Part shown: one piece after another, positions 1 to 8,681 of the stretch
How the letters are laid out: each line of letters begins with the position of its first letter
How positions within the stretch are numbered: the stretch's first letter is position 1
From: a virus
Taxonomy: Duplodnaviria > Caudoviricetes
Strand: one strand, 5' to 3'
IMG/VR virus record: IMGVR_UViG_3300048606_000068
Span: 1-61,421 of that record
Length of the DNA: 61,421 nt
Program-made: the position numbers and the translations under genes
The notes under the pieces: generated by a model
Database searches by the model: none
What the model saw: only the letters and a program-made list of their open reading frames with translations
What the model was told of the DNA's origin: nothing

Positions 1-159
1 CCCCGTGCCACTGGCACGGGGCGTCTCTCGTTTCACATGATTCTTGTCAGACCACCGTCTCAAGGGTGATTCGGATCTTTGCGCCATCGGGGTGAAGCGC
101 TGCGATCCGGTCCACTTCTTCTGAGAAGTCCACAGTGTTGGTGGACGTCTCAGAAGAAG
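1..159. repeat. Terminal direct repeat, copy 1 (probably circular assembly overlap)
   Basis: 1-159 equals 61263-61421 except A127 vs C61389. Confidence 0.95.
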
Positions 160-243
160 TGGACCGACACTCAGAAGCCGGACTGGGGCGCTACCGAACT
201 CATCCCGTTCCACCTGAATGATGAAGTCCATTTTGAGTTTCAT
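47..243 (-). pseudogene. Small gene apparently frameshifted at a 26-bp hairpin
   Basis: ATG at 243 reads MKLKMDFIIQVERDEFGSAPVRLLSVG; a different frame after the hairpin reads VDFSEEVDRIAALHPDGAKIRITLETVV* (stop 47-49); 197 nt is not a multiple of 3. Confidence 0.35.
108..166. repeat. 26-bp inverted repeat with 7-nt loop
   Basis: CGGTCCACTTCTTCTGAGA(A/C)GTCCAC-agtgttg-GTGGACGTCTCAGAAGAAGTGGACCG; perfect with the C allele seen in the end copy. Confidence 0.95.
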
Positions 244-247
244 CGTC

Positions 248-364
248 TCAGCGTCCCGTCTCAGCGCGGCGGCCGTTGCGGATCTCGCGCCTGTTCCTGA
301 CACGCTTGGGACGGCGGGCGTCGGTGAGGGACTCCCAGTGGGCTGCGGTAGCTCGAATGATCAT
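248..364 (-). CDS. Small basic hypothetical protein (38 aa)
   Basis: AGGAG RBS before ATG at 364; MIIRATAAHWESL... Confidence 0.55.
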   Translation of the reverse strand: MIIRATAAHWESLTDARRPKRVRNRREIRNGRRAETGR

Positions 365-376
365 GGTGCTCTCCTG

Positions 377-510
377 AAGTGTGTTGGTAAGCGTGTAGAG
401 CGTGTTGGTGAAGCGTGTAGCGAAGTGCGTCACGCTTCGCGGGAAGCGTGTGCTGCCGCTTGTGGCGGCCGGGAGAGGGGATCCCGGCCGCCCGGACCGT
501 GTAAGTGTGT
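377..510. repeat. Intergenic cluster of AAGYGTGT-like octamers with two hairpins
   Basis: AAGTGTGT 377, AAGCGTGT 389, GAGCGTGT 398, AAGCGTGT 411, AAGTGCGT 423, AAGCGTGT 444, AAGTGTGT 503; hairpins 431-450 and about 464-492. Confidence 0.8.
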
Positions 511-513
511 AGC

Positions 514-1011
514 TCAGCCCTGGAGATGATCGAGCAGCGCGCGGGCGGCGATCGTCAGCTGAGCCACGGCCCCGCCTTCCGGGTCGGGATCGCGGTCGCC
601 GTACTTGTCCAGAGCCTTGCTCAGATCGGTGACCAGATCATCGAAGCTCGGGATACGAACTGAGGCGTTCCTGACGGCATCCTCGATCAGGGTGTCATTG
701 GTGAAGCCGTACGGAGCTTCGCCGGCAACGAACTTGGCCAGCTCGATACGGAGTTGAGCCTCGTACGCTGCGTACTCCGGCGTGCCTTTGGGGAAGGCTG
801 GCTGAGATACGAGTGCCAGACCGAACTGATCATCCGCCTCACATTCGGCGGTGTACCGGCTCTCGTGCTCGTTGGTCCGGACAACTCCGCCGATGAAGTT
901 CATGAACATCCACAGGCCGTTATCGGCGCGCTGGTGAACGCTGGCCAGTAGTTCGCCGTTCGAGGCCGTGTACTTGGTGTGGTTCTCGGTGCGGGTCTTC
1001 GTGATGGGCAT
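514..1011 (-). CDS. Hypothetical protein
   Basis: 165-aa ORF, GAGGAG RBS, upstream promoter motif. Confidence 0.8.
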   Translation of the reverse strand: MPITKTRTENHTKYTASNGELLASVHQRADNGLWMFMNFIGGVVRTNEHESRYTAECEADDQFGLALVSQPAFPKGTPEYAAYEAQLRIELAKFVAGEAPYGFTNDTLIEDAVRNASVRIPSFDDLVTDLSKALDKYGDRDPDPEGGAVAQLTIAARALLDHLQG

Positions 1012-1037
1012 CCCAGACTCCTCGGTGCGGCGTTTCT

Positions 1038-1092
1038 TGCTGACAGGTAGAGCCTCTCATCTTGGGCTCTACCTGTCAAGTACTACAGGTCA
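1038..1092 (-). promoter_or_regulatory. Early promoter with operator-like sites
   Basis: TTGACA on minus strand at 1074-1079; 14-bp IR 1041-1054/1065-1078; TCTACCTGTCAGCA motif downstream. Confidence 0.7.
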
Positions 1093-1401
1093 GGAATGAT
1101 TCGGGTTTTTCGCCCACTCGCCAACCCAGTCAGCCGGCGTACGGAGCTGCTCGCTGACCACGTCGGCCGTGGTCGGCATCGGGTGGTCCTCCGGTCGGTC
1201 CTGGGTCGGAACGTCAGCATCGATCGCCTGGAGCCACGCGATCATGGCGCGGCGCTCGTCCCTGTCCAGCCAGTACCGCTCTTGGGCGGGCTGCATCCGC
1301 GCCACGACGAACGGCGAGCCGTCTTTCTGGGTGAGCATGAAGACGTCCTCGTCCCTGTCGACGAGGATCAGCGCGTTCCGGTCGTTCTGGGTCACTGCCA
1401 T
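1090..1401 (-). CDS. Hypothetical protein
   Basis: 103 aa, GAAGG RBS. Confidence 0.75.
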   Translation of the reverse strand: MAVTQNDRNALILVDRDEDVFMLTQKDGSPFVVARMQPAQERYWLDRDERRAMIAWLQAIDADVPTQDRPEDHPMPTTADVVSEQLRTPADWVGEWAKNPNHS

Positions 1402-1476
1402 GGTCGTGCCTTCCGTGGGGATGTCCAGCCGGGTGGCTGAGGTCCCGGCCCGTAGGCCGGGTGGACTGCTGCCCGA

Positions 1477-1734
1477 TCAGAGAGGGAGATGGCTGGCGCA
1501 CGCTGGGCACAGGTCGTACTTGATCGTGCCCGTCTCACCCGCCGGCTCGTTGCGGAAGATCGGCATCTGACGGGACTGGCGGACCCAGCCCTGCTGCTTG
1601 GCGGCCGTCCGTGCCTTGGTGCTGGTCGGCTTGCCGAAGCTGAAATCGAAATGGCCTGGGGCGACGGATCGATTCAGGCGGAGCGCCAGGCCCACGCCGT
1701 CACACTGGACCTGGTACGTCCTGAAGAGGCTCAT
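1477..1734 (-). CDS. Hypothetical protein, possible Zn-binding
   Basis: 85 aa, CDG near the N-terminus and CPAC near the C-terminus; start overlaps the upstream stop. Confidence 0.7.
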   Translation of the reverse strand: MSLFRTYQVQCDGVGLALRLNRSVAPGHFDFSFGKPTSTKARTAAKQQGWVRQSRQMPIFRNEPAGETGTIKYDLCPACASHLPL

Positions 1735-1901
1735 TCGGCCGGCTCCGTCACTGTGAACTGCTCCGAGTTGGTGTCGAGGGTCCAGTAGTCGCCGGCCTCG
1801 TAGCGGATGCCCATCACGCCATCCTCATCAGGCTTCCGGGTGATCGTGGCCGACCCGTAGACCGTCTGGATCTTGGTGCCCCGAACGAGGTGCTGGTTCA
1901 T
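1731..1901 (-). CDS. Hypothetical protein (56 aa, not in ORF track)
   Basis: MNQHLVRGTKIQTVYGSATITRKPDEDGVMG...; GAAGG RBS; directly after a promoter. Confidence 0.75.
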   Translation of the reverse strand: MNQHLVRGTKIQTVYGSATITRKPDEDGVMGIRYEAGDYWTLDTNSEQFTVTEPAE

Positions 1902-1923
1902 CGTCGTGCCTTCCGTCGTTTCT

Positions 1924-2038
1924 TGCTGACAGGTAGAACACTACAGAGGACCAAGGGGAGTGTCAAGTAAAGCATGTCATTGAATCTTCCCGACACTTAG
2001 GTGTTGACACGGGTCTCACTGACATGCTTTACTTGTCA
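1924..2038. promoter_or_regulatory. Divergent promoter region with two 19-bp operators
   Basis: Minus strand TTGACA(1961-66)-17-TAGTGT(1938-43); plus strand TTGACA 2004-09; 1961-1979 and 2020-2038 are near-perfect inverted copies of TGACATGCTTTACTTGWCA. Confidence 0.8.
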
Positions 2039-2039
2039 C

Positions 2040-2225
2040 ATGACGCCGCAGACACAGATCGAAGCCGCCGAGGCCCGTGGGTATGACCGGGCGTTCGCCC
2101 TCTACAAGAACGGGGAGCCTTCCAACGCCGACAACCGGGCCCGCCTGCTCTATCCCGATAACACCGAGTTGCAGAACGCCTGCGCCAAGGGTATGCGTCG
2201 TGGTTGGGCCGAGGCTTCCAAGTGA
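2040..2225 (+). CDS. Hypothetical protein, probably leaderless
   Basis: ATG immediately after promoter/operator; 61 aa. Confidence 0.65.
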   Translation: MTPQTQIEAAEARGYDRAFALYKNGEPSNADNRARLLYPDNTELQNACAKGMRRGWAEASK

Positions 2226-3229
2226 GCGGCGTGATTGCGGCTCTGGGCCTGTTCTCAGGCGTCGGCGGTTGGGAGTTCCACGATGCGGAGCTGGGTATCC
2301 GGACTACCGGCATCGAGAACAACAGCGCTGCCGCCGACACGGCTGAGGCCGCTGGGCTCCACGTCCAACGTCAGGACGTGACACAGGCGACGCTTCTGCC
2401 CGGCCACGGCTACAAGCTGCTGAAGGCCGGGCCGCCGTGCCAGACCTTCAGCGCCGCCGGTAAGGGCGCGGGCCGCAAGGCTCTAGACCTCGTGCTGGAT
2501 GAGCTGGACTACCTCGTGAAGGCGGCCAAGGCGGGGAGCTGGCGGGACCAGACCCAGTGGATTCGGTACGCGCTGTTTGATGACAAGCGCACCGGGCTGG
2601 TGCTGGAGCCCATGCGTTACATCCTCGCTGCCGTGAAGCTCAGGCAGCCCTTCCGGGCCATCGTGCTGGAACAGGTGCCCGCAGTGCTGCCGGTGTGGCA
2701 GGCGTACGCCGAGGTGCTCCGCGAGCTGGGATACTCCGTTGCGGTGGGCATCCTTCACGCTGAGCAGTACGGCGCTCCCCAGACCCGCAAGCGCGCGGTG
2801 CTTATCGCTCGTCTGGACGGTGAGGCCCACCTCCCGACCCCGACACACAGCAAGTACCACAATCGAACCCCAGAACGCCTAGACGAAGGCATGCCGTCCT
2901 GGGTGAGCCTGGCCGGGGCGTTGGGCACTACCGCATGGTTGTCATCCAGCACCCAGCCGAACGCCACACACCGCCACGCCGCACAGCCTGCACCTACCTT
3001 GGCATTCGGAAACGACATGGCTAGTTTCGTCTTCCACAACGGAGAACCAGATATCCGCATCGCCAAAGCTACTGGGTGCGTACAGCGGCTCACTGTCCAG
3101 GAAGCTGCCGTGCTTCAGACCTTCCCTACTGACTATCCGTGGCAGGGCACTAAAACCCAGCAGTACCAGCAGGTGGGCAACGCCATCCCGCCGGTACTGG
3201 CCAGGGCGATTCTGAAGCAGGTGGTCTAG
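2222..3229 (+). CDS. DNA cytosine-5 methyltransferase
   Basis: LFSGVGG (motif I), GPPCQTFS (IV), EQV (VI), QTRKR (VIII), RLTVQEAAVLQTFP, QQVGNA (X). Confidence 0.95.
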   Translation: MSGVIAALGLFSGVGGWEFHDAELGIRTTGIENNSAAADTAEAAGLHVQRQDVTQATLLPGHGYKLLKAGPPCQTFSAAGKGAGRKALDLVLDELDYLVKAAKAGSWRDQTQWIRYALFDDKRTGLVLEPMRYILAAVKLRQPFRAIVLEQVPAVLPVWQAYAEVLRELGYSVAVGILHAEQYGAPQTRKRAVLIARLDGEAHLPTPTHSKYHNRTPERLDEGMPSWVSLAGALGTTAWLSSSTQPNATHRHAAQPAPTLAFGNDMASFVFHNGEPDIRIAKATGCVQRLTVQEAAVLQTFPTDYPWQGTKTQQYQQVGNAIPPVLARAILKQVV

Positions 3230-3388
3230 GTGTCGGTGTGGGTCTGCCGGTTCTGCGAAGGCAAAAGGATCCGGCATATGGGAGTCCCCAACCATCGCGC
3301 GATGCATCGGCAGCGCAAGGACGGGCCGGTCGTGATGGAGAGCCCAACGCACCGCTACAGCTACGACTTTCGGGATACCAAGCAGTAA
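3230..3388 (+). CDS. Small C2H2 zinc-finger-like protein (52 aa, not in ORF track)
   Basis: MSVWVCRFCEGKRIRHMGVPNHRAMHRQRK...; abuts the MTase stop and is followed by a terminator. Confidence 0.6.
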   Translation: MSVWVCRFCEGKRIRHMGVPNHRAMHRQRKDGPVVMESPTHRYSYDFRDTKQ

Positions 3389-3399
3389 GCTCCGATCCA

Positions 3400-3436
3400 G
3401 AACCGCCCTGCCGACGACTCTTCGGCAGGGCGGTTC
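3400..3436 (+). terminator. Intrinsic terminator-like hairpin
   Basis: GAACCGCCCTGCCGA/TCGGCAGGGCGGTTC 15-bp stem. Confidence 0.75.
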
Positions 3437-3488
3437 GCTGTTTCCTCACTGTCCGTAGCCAAAATCACGTCTGGTCCAGTACGGGCGG

Positions 3489-3748
3489 TCCCGGGTGGTA
3501 CGAGCGGTACGGCGTACCACCCGGGGAAGATTTCAACTTTGAGATTTTAAGTAAGTTTAGTTAAAATATAAACAGAGAGTTACAGAAGTAACTTAAAGTA
3601 GTCATAATCACGCTTGCTTACAAAAGCGTGAGGTACGGGCGTGTCGGATTTCTCGTTTTCAAATGGTCTCCGGGAGGTACGTACCTCCCGTACCTCCCGG
3701 CTGAGCGTGGGGCGTACCTGACGGAGCCCCCGGCCGTACCACCCGGGA
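3489..3748. other. Origin-like element A (AT-rich core with GGTACG inverted iterons)
   Basis: AT-rich 3525-3625; repeated CCGGGWGGTACG/CGTACCWCCCGG; homologous to 46386-46639. Confidence 0.7.
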
Positions 3749-3796
3749 GCGTGCACTCTCCGTAGATGTGACATCGATCCGTGGTACTGTGGGTTT

Positions 3797-4009
3797 GTGA
3801 ACGATTCCTGGACTCTGACCCGCGAGTGGCTACCGATCGCAGCGGCCGTAGCCGGCGCTTGGGCTATAGCTTCCGCGTTATGGCTGGCTCGCGATTGGCG
3901 AAGCCATGTGAACGATCGGCAGTACCTGATCGTGCTCGGACTCTGCGCCCTGGCGTTCGTCGGTGGAGGAGTCACACTCATCCTGGCCAGCCTGGAGATG
4001 GTCTCGTGA
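3797..4009 (+). CDS. Small membrane protein
   Basis: 70 aa, two hydrophobic helices. Confidence 0.7.
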   Translation: MNDSWTLTREWLPIAAAVAGAWAIASALWLARDWRSHVNDRQYLIVLGLCALAFVGGGVTLILASLEMVS

Positions 4010-4491
4010 GTACAGACACCTGGCATCGGGTGACGGGCGTAGATCATGAGACCTCCACAGGTACCTGTTCAAGATGCGGGCTAGTGCCTGTCGCGTTCGT
4101 GAAAAACTCCCGTGGGTTTCGCTACGCCCTGTGCCGTATCGCCCAGCGAGAGGTTTCTGCTAAACGTCGGAAACGGATCTCGGGCACAGAGGGTTATCGG
4201 GCGTACCACCGCGAGTATCGGAGGCGAACGAAGTTCAATCTCTCGCCAGGTGGAGTAGAAGACCTGATCACGTCTGCGGGGTTCGAGTGCGCTATATGTC
4301 GAGAAGAGGTAACTCTTCGTTCGGCTCATATCGATCATGACCACGCATGCTGTGCCGACAACAACAAGACCTGCGGGGAGTGCATTCGCGGAGTTTTGTG
4401 CTCTTCGTGTAACACCGGCCTCGGGATGTTCAGAGATGACCCAAGGCGGCTGCTAGCTGCGGTTGAGTACTTAAAGGAGGCTGCTAAATGA
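4006..4491 (+). CDS. Recombination endonuclease VII family protein
   Basis: CAIC...HIDHDH...CGECIRGVLCSSCNTGLG.FRDD. Confidence 0.9.
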   Translation: MSTDTWHRVTGVDHETSTGTCSRCGLVPVAFVKNSRGFRYALCRIAQREVSAKRRKRISGTEGYRAYHREYRRRTKFNLSPGGVEDLITSAGFECAICREEVTLRSAHIDHDHACCADNNKTCGECIRGVLCSSCNTGLGMFRDDPRRLLAAVEYLKEAAK

Positions 4492-4988
4492 TGGGCCGAA
4501 ACCATCTCCAGACCGGAATAATCTCCGGATCTGCCGTAGCGGTGGCTGTGCACCTACCCTCAGAACAGGTTTTGGTCTTCATTCCTCTTGTAGCAGCCTG
4601 TGCCCTGCTCCCTGACTTCGATCACCCGAGCGCCATGGCTCCCCGGGCCTTCGGCTGGCCGGGCAGGATGCTGGCCACACTGATCAGCGCGGTCTTCGGC
4701 CATCGGACCCTGACGCACTCGGTTCTAGGCGTAGGGGTACTAAGTGCGGGAATGGCGTTCATCCCCCACCTTCCGGAGTTTTGTTACTGGGCTGTGATCT
4801 TGGGCTGCGTGACGCATATCGTGGGTGACATGCTCACCGTGTCTGGAGTGCCGGTCTTCTGGCCGGCTCAGCGCTGCTACCGGATCGGCCGGATGCGGAC
4901 CGGGGGCGACTTCGAGAATCTGTTCATGACGCCGCTGCTGGCCCTGTGCGCCGTCGGCAGCACCGCGTGGGTGATCGCTAGTGCCTGA
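4488..4988 (+). CDS. Membrane metal-dependent hydrolase (YdjM-like)
   Basis: MMGRNH, LLPDFDHP, GHRTLTHS, HIVGD motifs and TM helices. Confidence 0.85.
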   Translation: MMGRNHLQTGIISGSAVAVAVHLPSEQVLVFIPLVAACALLPDFDHPSAMAPRAFGWPGRMLATLISAVFGHRTLTHSVLGVGVLSAGMAFIPHLPEFCYWAVILGCVTHIVGDMLTVSGVPVFWPAQRCYRIGRMRTGGDFENLFMTPLLALCAVGSTAWVIASA

Positions 4989-5229
4989 GGTCGGGATGGC
5001 TTGGACCCTCGGAGTCGAACGGCGCGAAGAGCTATCGGACCTCATGGAGGAGATGGCCCGGCACGCGTTTTCCCATCGGTTCCCCCGCGCCGAGCTGACC
5101 GAGATGGAGTACCGGTACGACCCTGGCGGCTTGCGCTACATCGACGAAGAGACCGGCGAAGAGTGCGTTACCCCTGCTAGGTGGCTGCTGCTAGTCACCG
5201 GCGTCCAACGAGAGGACATCCCCGAATGA
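4981..5229 (+). CDS. Hypothetical protein
   Basis: 82 aa, coupled to neighbours. Confidence 0.65.
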   Translation: MPEVGMAWTLGVERREELSDLMEEMARHAFSHRFPRAELTEMEYRYDPGGLRYIDEETGEECVTPARWLLLVTGVQREDIPE

Positions 5230-5708
5230 CCGGCGACACCGCAGTACCGTTCCCGTCCGACGCGAACGAGACGGTTCCGGAGAAGACAGCTCTGAGCCCA
5301 TCCCAGCAACAGCGCGTGGAAGCGCTTTCCGTAGCGGCCAATCTTCTGAGGGTTGTAACAGGACCGTTCGGGATAAAGACCACCCTGGTCAAACGAGAGA
5401 CCTCGGTCGGCGACCTGACCTACCTGGCCGAATGGATCCTGGAAGGGTCAGAGGATCTTGCCGACGATCCGGAAGAGGAAGATCAGACCGAGGAGCAGAA
5501 CCGGCAGGCGGAGAACCGCGCCTTGCTCGACGGACAGATTCCAGGCTCTGGCGCGAAAGACACTGCCGCCAGTCAGTCGGACGTCTGCGGTGCTCGACAG
5601 GTGCGCGGGATCTCCTCCTACGAATGCGAGCTGAATCCCGGACACGAGTGCGATCACGTCTTCAGCCGGCTCGTAGGCCGGGCCCTCGCGGATAACCCGC
5701 AGGCGTAG
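5226..5708 (+). CDS. Hypothetical protein
   Basis: ATGA overlap; acidic linker; C-terminal Cys/His cluster. Confidence 0.65.
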   Translation: MTGDTAVPFPSDANETVPEKTALSPSQQQRVEALSVAANLLRVVTGPFGIKTTLVKRETSVGDLTYLAEWILEGSEDLADDPEEEDQTEEQNRQAENRALLDGQIPGSGAKDTAASQSDVCGARQVRGISSYECELNPGHECDHVFSRLVGRALADNPQA

Positions 5709-5829
5709 TCTGGTTCCACCACAGCGCGGTTTCTCCTCAGCAGCCCTCGGGGGCGATCCTCCCGGGGGCTGTCGCACGTCTGCCGTACCATCTGACGTGA
5801 CAGTGAATACGGCCCATGGGGAGTGACTG

Positions 5830-6192
5830 ATGCCGTTCTGGCTCGCAACGGTGCTCGGTTTCTTCATCGTGGCCCGCAGTACCCGGTTCGTGAATTCGGA
5901 CGTGCTCGCCGAACCGCTGCGGATGTGGGCCGAGGGAGTCAGCCATCCCGGCCGGTTCCGTTCCCTGAAACGCCTGGCCCGCCGGCCGCTGCGATCTGTC
6001 TTCGGCGACGACCTACCAGTCTTGTTCACCTGTCCCTGGTGCCTGTCGATCTGGTTCGCCCTGCCGGTCGCCGTGATCGTCTCTGTTGTGTTCGGCGGCT
6101 TCGATGCCTTCGGCACCATCTGGAGTAGCGTCGGCCTATGGCTGGCCTACAGCTACCTCTACGGCCTGGCCGCGAACAACCTGGACGACTGA
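5830..6192 (+). CDS. DUF1360-like membrane protein with CPWC motif
   Basis: TM helices, LFTCPWCLSIW, position just before portal. Confidence 0.75.
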   Translation: MPFWLATVLGFFIVARSTRFVNSDVLAEPLRMWAEGVSHPGRFRSLKRLARRPLRSVFGDDLPVLFTCPWCLSIWFALPVAVIVSVVFGGFDAFGTIWSSVGLWLAYSYLYGLAANNLDD

Positions 6193-6240
6193 TGACCCGC
6201 CCTCATCTCCATCCCCACTCGACCGGAGGGCACTCAGACC

Positions 6241-8172
6241 GTGACCGATGAAGTGTTCGACGCTGAGACCAGCGGTCCGGAGTTCGGCAGCCCGGAGCTG
6301 ATTCGGTTCCACGATTCCCAGGGCCGCGCCATCACGGCGGCCGTGCAGATCCTGAACGGGCCGAAGATCAAGCGGCCGAACAAGCCGAAGCAGAATGGCA
6401 AGGGGCTGCCCTGGCAAACCGCGTCCTGGGAGTACGTGGACGAGATCGGGGAGTACTCCCTGGCGGTCGAGATGCTGTCCACGGCGGTCTCAAAGGTGCA
6501 GCTAGTCGCTGGCCGGGACGTGCTCGGGGTGGACGAACCGATCATCATCAACGGCGAGGAGTACACCCTCGAAGGCGATACCGTCCAGGCATCGCAGCTG
6601 GACAAGGATGCCGCTGCCCTCGTGAACGGCTTCGCCGGTGGAACGACCGGCCAGCAGCAGGTCATGTACCGGGCAGCCTTCCAGCTGATCGTCGCGGCCG
6701 AGTCGTTCATCGTCGGTCGGCAAGACGCCGAGGGGAACTCCCGCTGGGACGCCTACAGCAACGAGGAGATGTCGTACAGCCAGAAGGGCTGGACGATCAA
6801 CGACGGCACCGAGAACTACACGCTGACGCCGGAAGACATCCTGATCCGGGTATGGCGGCCGAGCCCCCGCAGGCGCTCCGAGCCGCGTTCGTCGAGCAAG
6901 CCGCTGCTGCCGGTGCTGGCCGAGATCAAGGGGCTCACGCAGTCGATCGCCGCCCGGATCGATTCTCGCCTGGCCGGTGCGGGTGTGCTGTTCGTGCCGG
7001 AGTCCATGAGCCTGATGTCTGCTTCGGATACCAGCAAGCTGGCCGAGGGCGAAGACCCGTTCGTGGCCGAGCTGACAGACGCCATGCTGACTCCGATCGG
7101 TGACCGCGACTCCGCTGCCGCCGTTGTACCGATCGTGGTCCGCGTGCCGGACGACTCGATCGGCAAGGTCCAGCACATCCGCTTCGAGGTCACGGCCAAG
7201 GCCGAAGAGGCGGCTCAGCGCCAGGACGCGATCCTCCGGATGGCCCGCAGCATGGATCTCCCGCCGGAGCAGATCCTCGGCATGGGTTCCATGAATCACT
7301 GGGGGGCCTGGCAGGTCGACGAGGCCACGCTCAAGGGCCCGGTCGACACCCTGGTCATGATCATCGTGCACGCGCTCACCGTCGGGTACGTCCGGCCGGG
7401 GCTGATCGCTCTCGGGCACGACCCGGCCGACGTCGAGGAGTACCTCGCCTGGCGCGACCTCACGCAGCTGATCCAGCGGCCGGATCGCAGCGAGCAGGCG
7501 CTGAAGGTCTTCGAGCTGGGCGGTATCGGCTACGACGCGCTGAACCGCGAGTCCGGCTTCGACGACGCGGATAAGCCGACCGAGGAGGACACTTGCCGGC
7601 AGCTGATGCTGACCCTGGTGAAGTCCGACCCGGCCAACGCCGTGCATTACATCCAGACCTTCGGGCCGTGCGCCGGCATCGAACTGCCGAACCTGGTTGA
7701 TCTCCCGGTAGCCGGTGCAGCTGTGGTTCCTGCCGTCGACACCCAGCAGATTCCCGAGCTGCCACAGAACAACCGGGAGATTCCGCAGCTGGCGGCCGCC
7801 ATCGCGCCGACGCATCGCTGTCTCAGCTCGGTTGACGGCCTGTACCCCCTCTGTGAGATGGCCGTACTGCGGGCACTGGAGCTGGCCGGGAAGCGGATGC
7901 GTGGCAGTTCGCCACGGAACGAGCGTTCGGGCCTCCTGGAGATCCCCGCCCACGAACTGCACACCAACGCGGTTGTCGCCGCACAGATGTCCCGGCACGG
8001 GATCGACACGCTGCTGGAGGGGGCCTGGGCTCCGCTACGTCAAATCATGCTGGGCCATGAGCCCGACGGCTTGGTTCCGGCCCTGGACGAATATGTCCGG
8101 CTGCTGATCGAGCGTCGCGAGCCACATACCCCGGACTGGCTCCGGCCGATCATCGCGAGGTACGCAGCATGA
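6241..8172 (+). CDS. Portal protein
   Basis: 643 aa; RVWRPSP, SRLAGAGVLFVP, NHWGAW motifs typical of actinophage portals; first large head gene. Confidence 0.85.
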   Translation: MTDEVFDAETSGPEFGSPELIRFHDSQGRAITAAVQILNGPKIKRPNKPKQNGKGLPWQTASWEYVDEIGEYSLAVEMLSTAVSKVQLVAGRDVLGVDEPIIINGEEYTLEGDTVQASQLDKDAAALVNGFAGGTTGQQQVMYRAAFQLIVAAESFIVGRQDAEGNSRWDAYSNEEMSYSQKGWTINDGTENYTLTPEDILIRVWRPSPRRRSEPRSSSKPLLPVLAEIKGLTQSIAARIDSRLAGAGVLFVPESMSLMSASDTSKLAEGEDPFVAELTDAMLTPIGDRDSAAAVVPIVVRVPDDSIGKVQHIRFEVTAKAEEAAQRQDAILRMARSMDLPPEQILGMGSMNHWGAWQVDEATLKGPVDTLVMIIVHALTVGYVRPGLIALGHDPADVEEYLAWRDLTQLIQRPDRSEQALKVFELGGIGYDALNRESGFDDADKPTEEDTCRQLMLTLVKSDPANAVHYIQTFGPCAGIELPNLVDLPVAGAAVVPAVDTQQIPELPQNNREIPQLAAAIAPTHRCLSSVDGLYPLCEMAVLRALELAGKRMRGSSPRNERSGLLEIPAHELHTNAVVAAQMSRHGIDTLLEGAWAPLRQIMLGHEPDGLVPALDEYVRLLIERREPHTPDWLRPIIARYAA

Positions 8173-8681
8173 GCCGCCTTCAGACCGCGTTTCCGGATGG
8201 AGCTGCGTTCTACTGGAACGAAGATGGGGAGCTGTGCGTCTGCTGGAGCTTCGACGATCCGGCGACAGTACAGGATCCATTCGCTCACGAGCCCTTCCCC
8301 GGACATCGGGAACTGAGTCGGATAGAACGGCATATGACCGTGTCCGACTGGGTAGATCAGAACACCATCGCCGGCACCGATTACGACGTGATCGCAACCG
8401 GTGGGAACGACATTGTTACCGTCGTGCTTCAGCGACCAACGGGCGGTACGTCGAACGGGCTCACCGTTGGTCGCCGGTTCATCTTGGTCCGCCACGAAGA
8501 CGTCTCGAAGGTCTCCGGGACTGGTGTTGTTGCGCAGGGCATTCAGTGGCCGGACGGGACCGTCAGCATGCGCTGGAGTAACCCCGGCCTGCCGTCCAGC
8601 TTCGCCTGCTGGGACAACATCGAAGCGATCGAGCGGATCCACGGACACCAGGGCAAGACTGAGATCGAGTGGATCGACTGA
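8169..8681 (+). CDS. Conserved actinophage hypothetical protein
   Basis: RRFILVRHEDVSKVSGTGVVAQG...IHGHQGKT. Confidence 0.7.
   Translation: MSRLQTAFPDGAAFYWNEDGELCVCWSFDDPATVQDPFAHEPFPGHRELSRIERHMTVSDWVDQNTIAGTDYDVIATGGNDIVTVVLQRPTGGTSNGLTVGRRFILVRHEDVSKVSGTGVVAQGIQWPDGTVSMRWSNPGLPSSFACWDNIEAIERIHGHQGKTEIEWID

Noticed and set aside
1-159. Terminal repeat as physical phage ends (DTR)
   Set aside because: It begins and ends inside hairpins and is more simply explained as circular assembly overlap; virion read-end mapping would be needed.
108-166. Protelomerase target (linear N15-like prophage)
   Set aside because: No protelomerase or tyrosine recombinase gene was recognised, and the repeat has a 7-nt spacer.
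3489-3748. Origin-like elements as MITEs or transposon ends
   Set aside because: No transposase or target-site duplication was seen; the conserved AT core and position after prim-pol favour a replication role.
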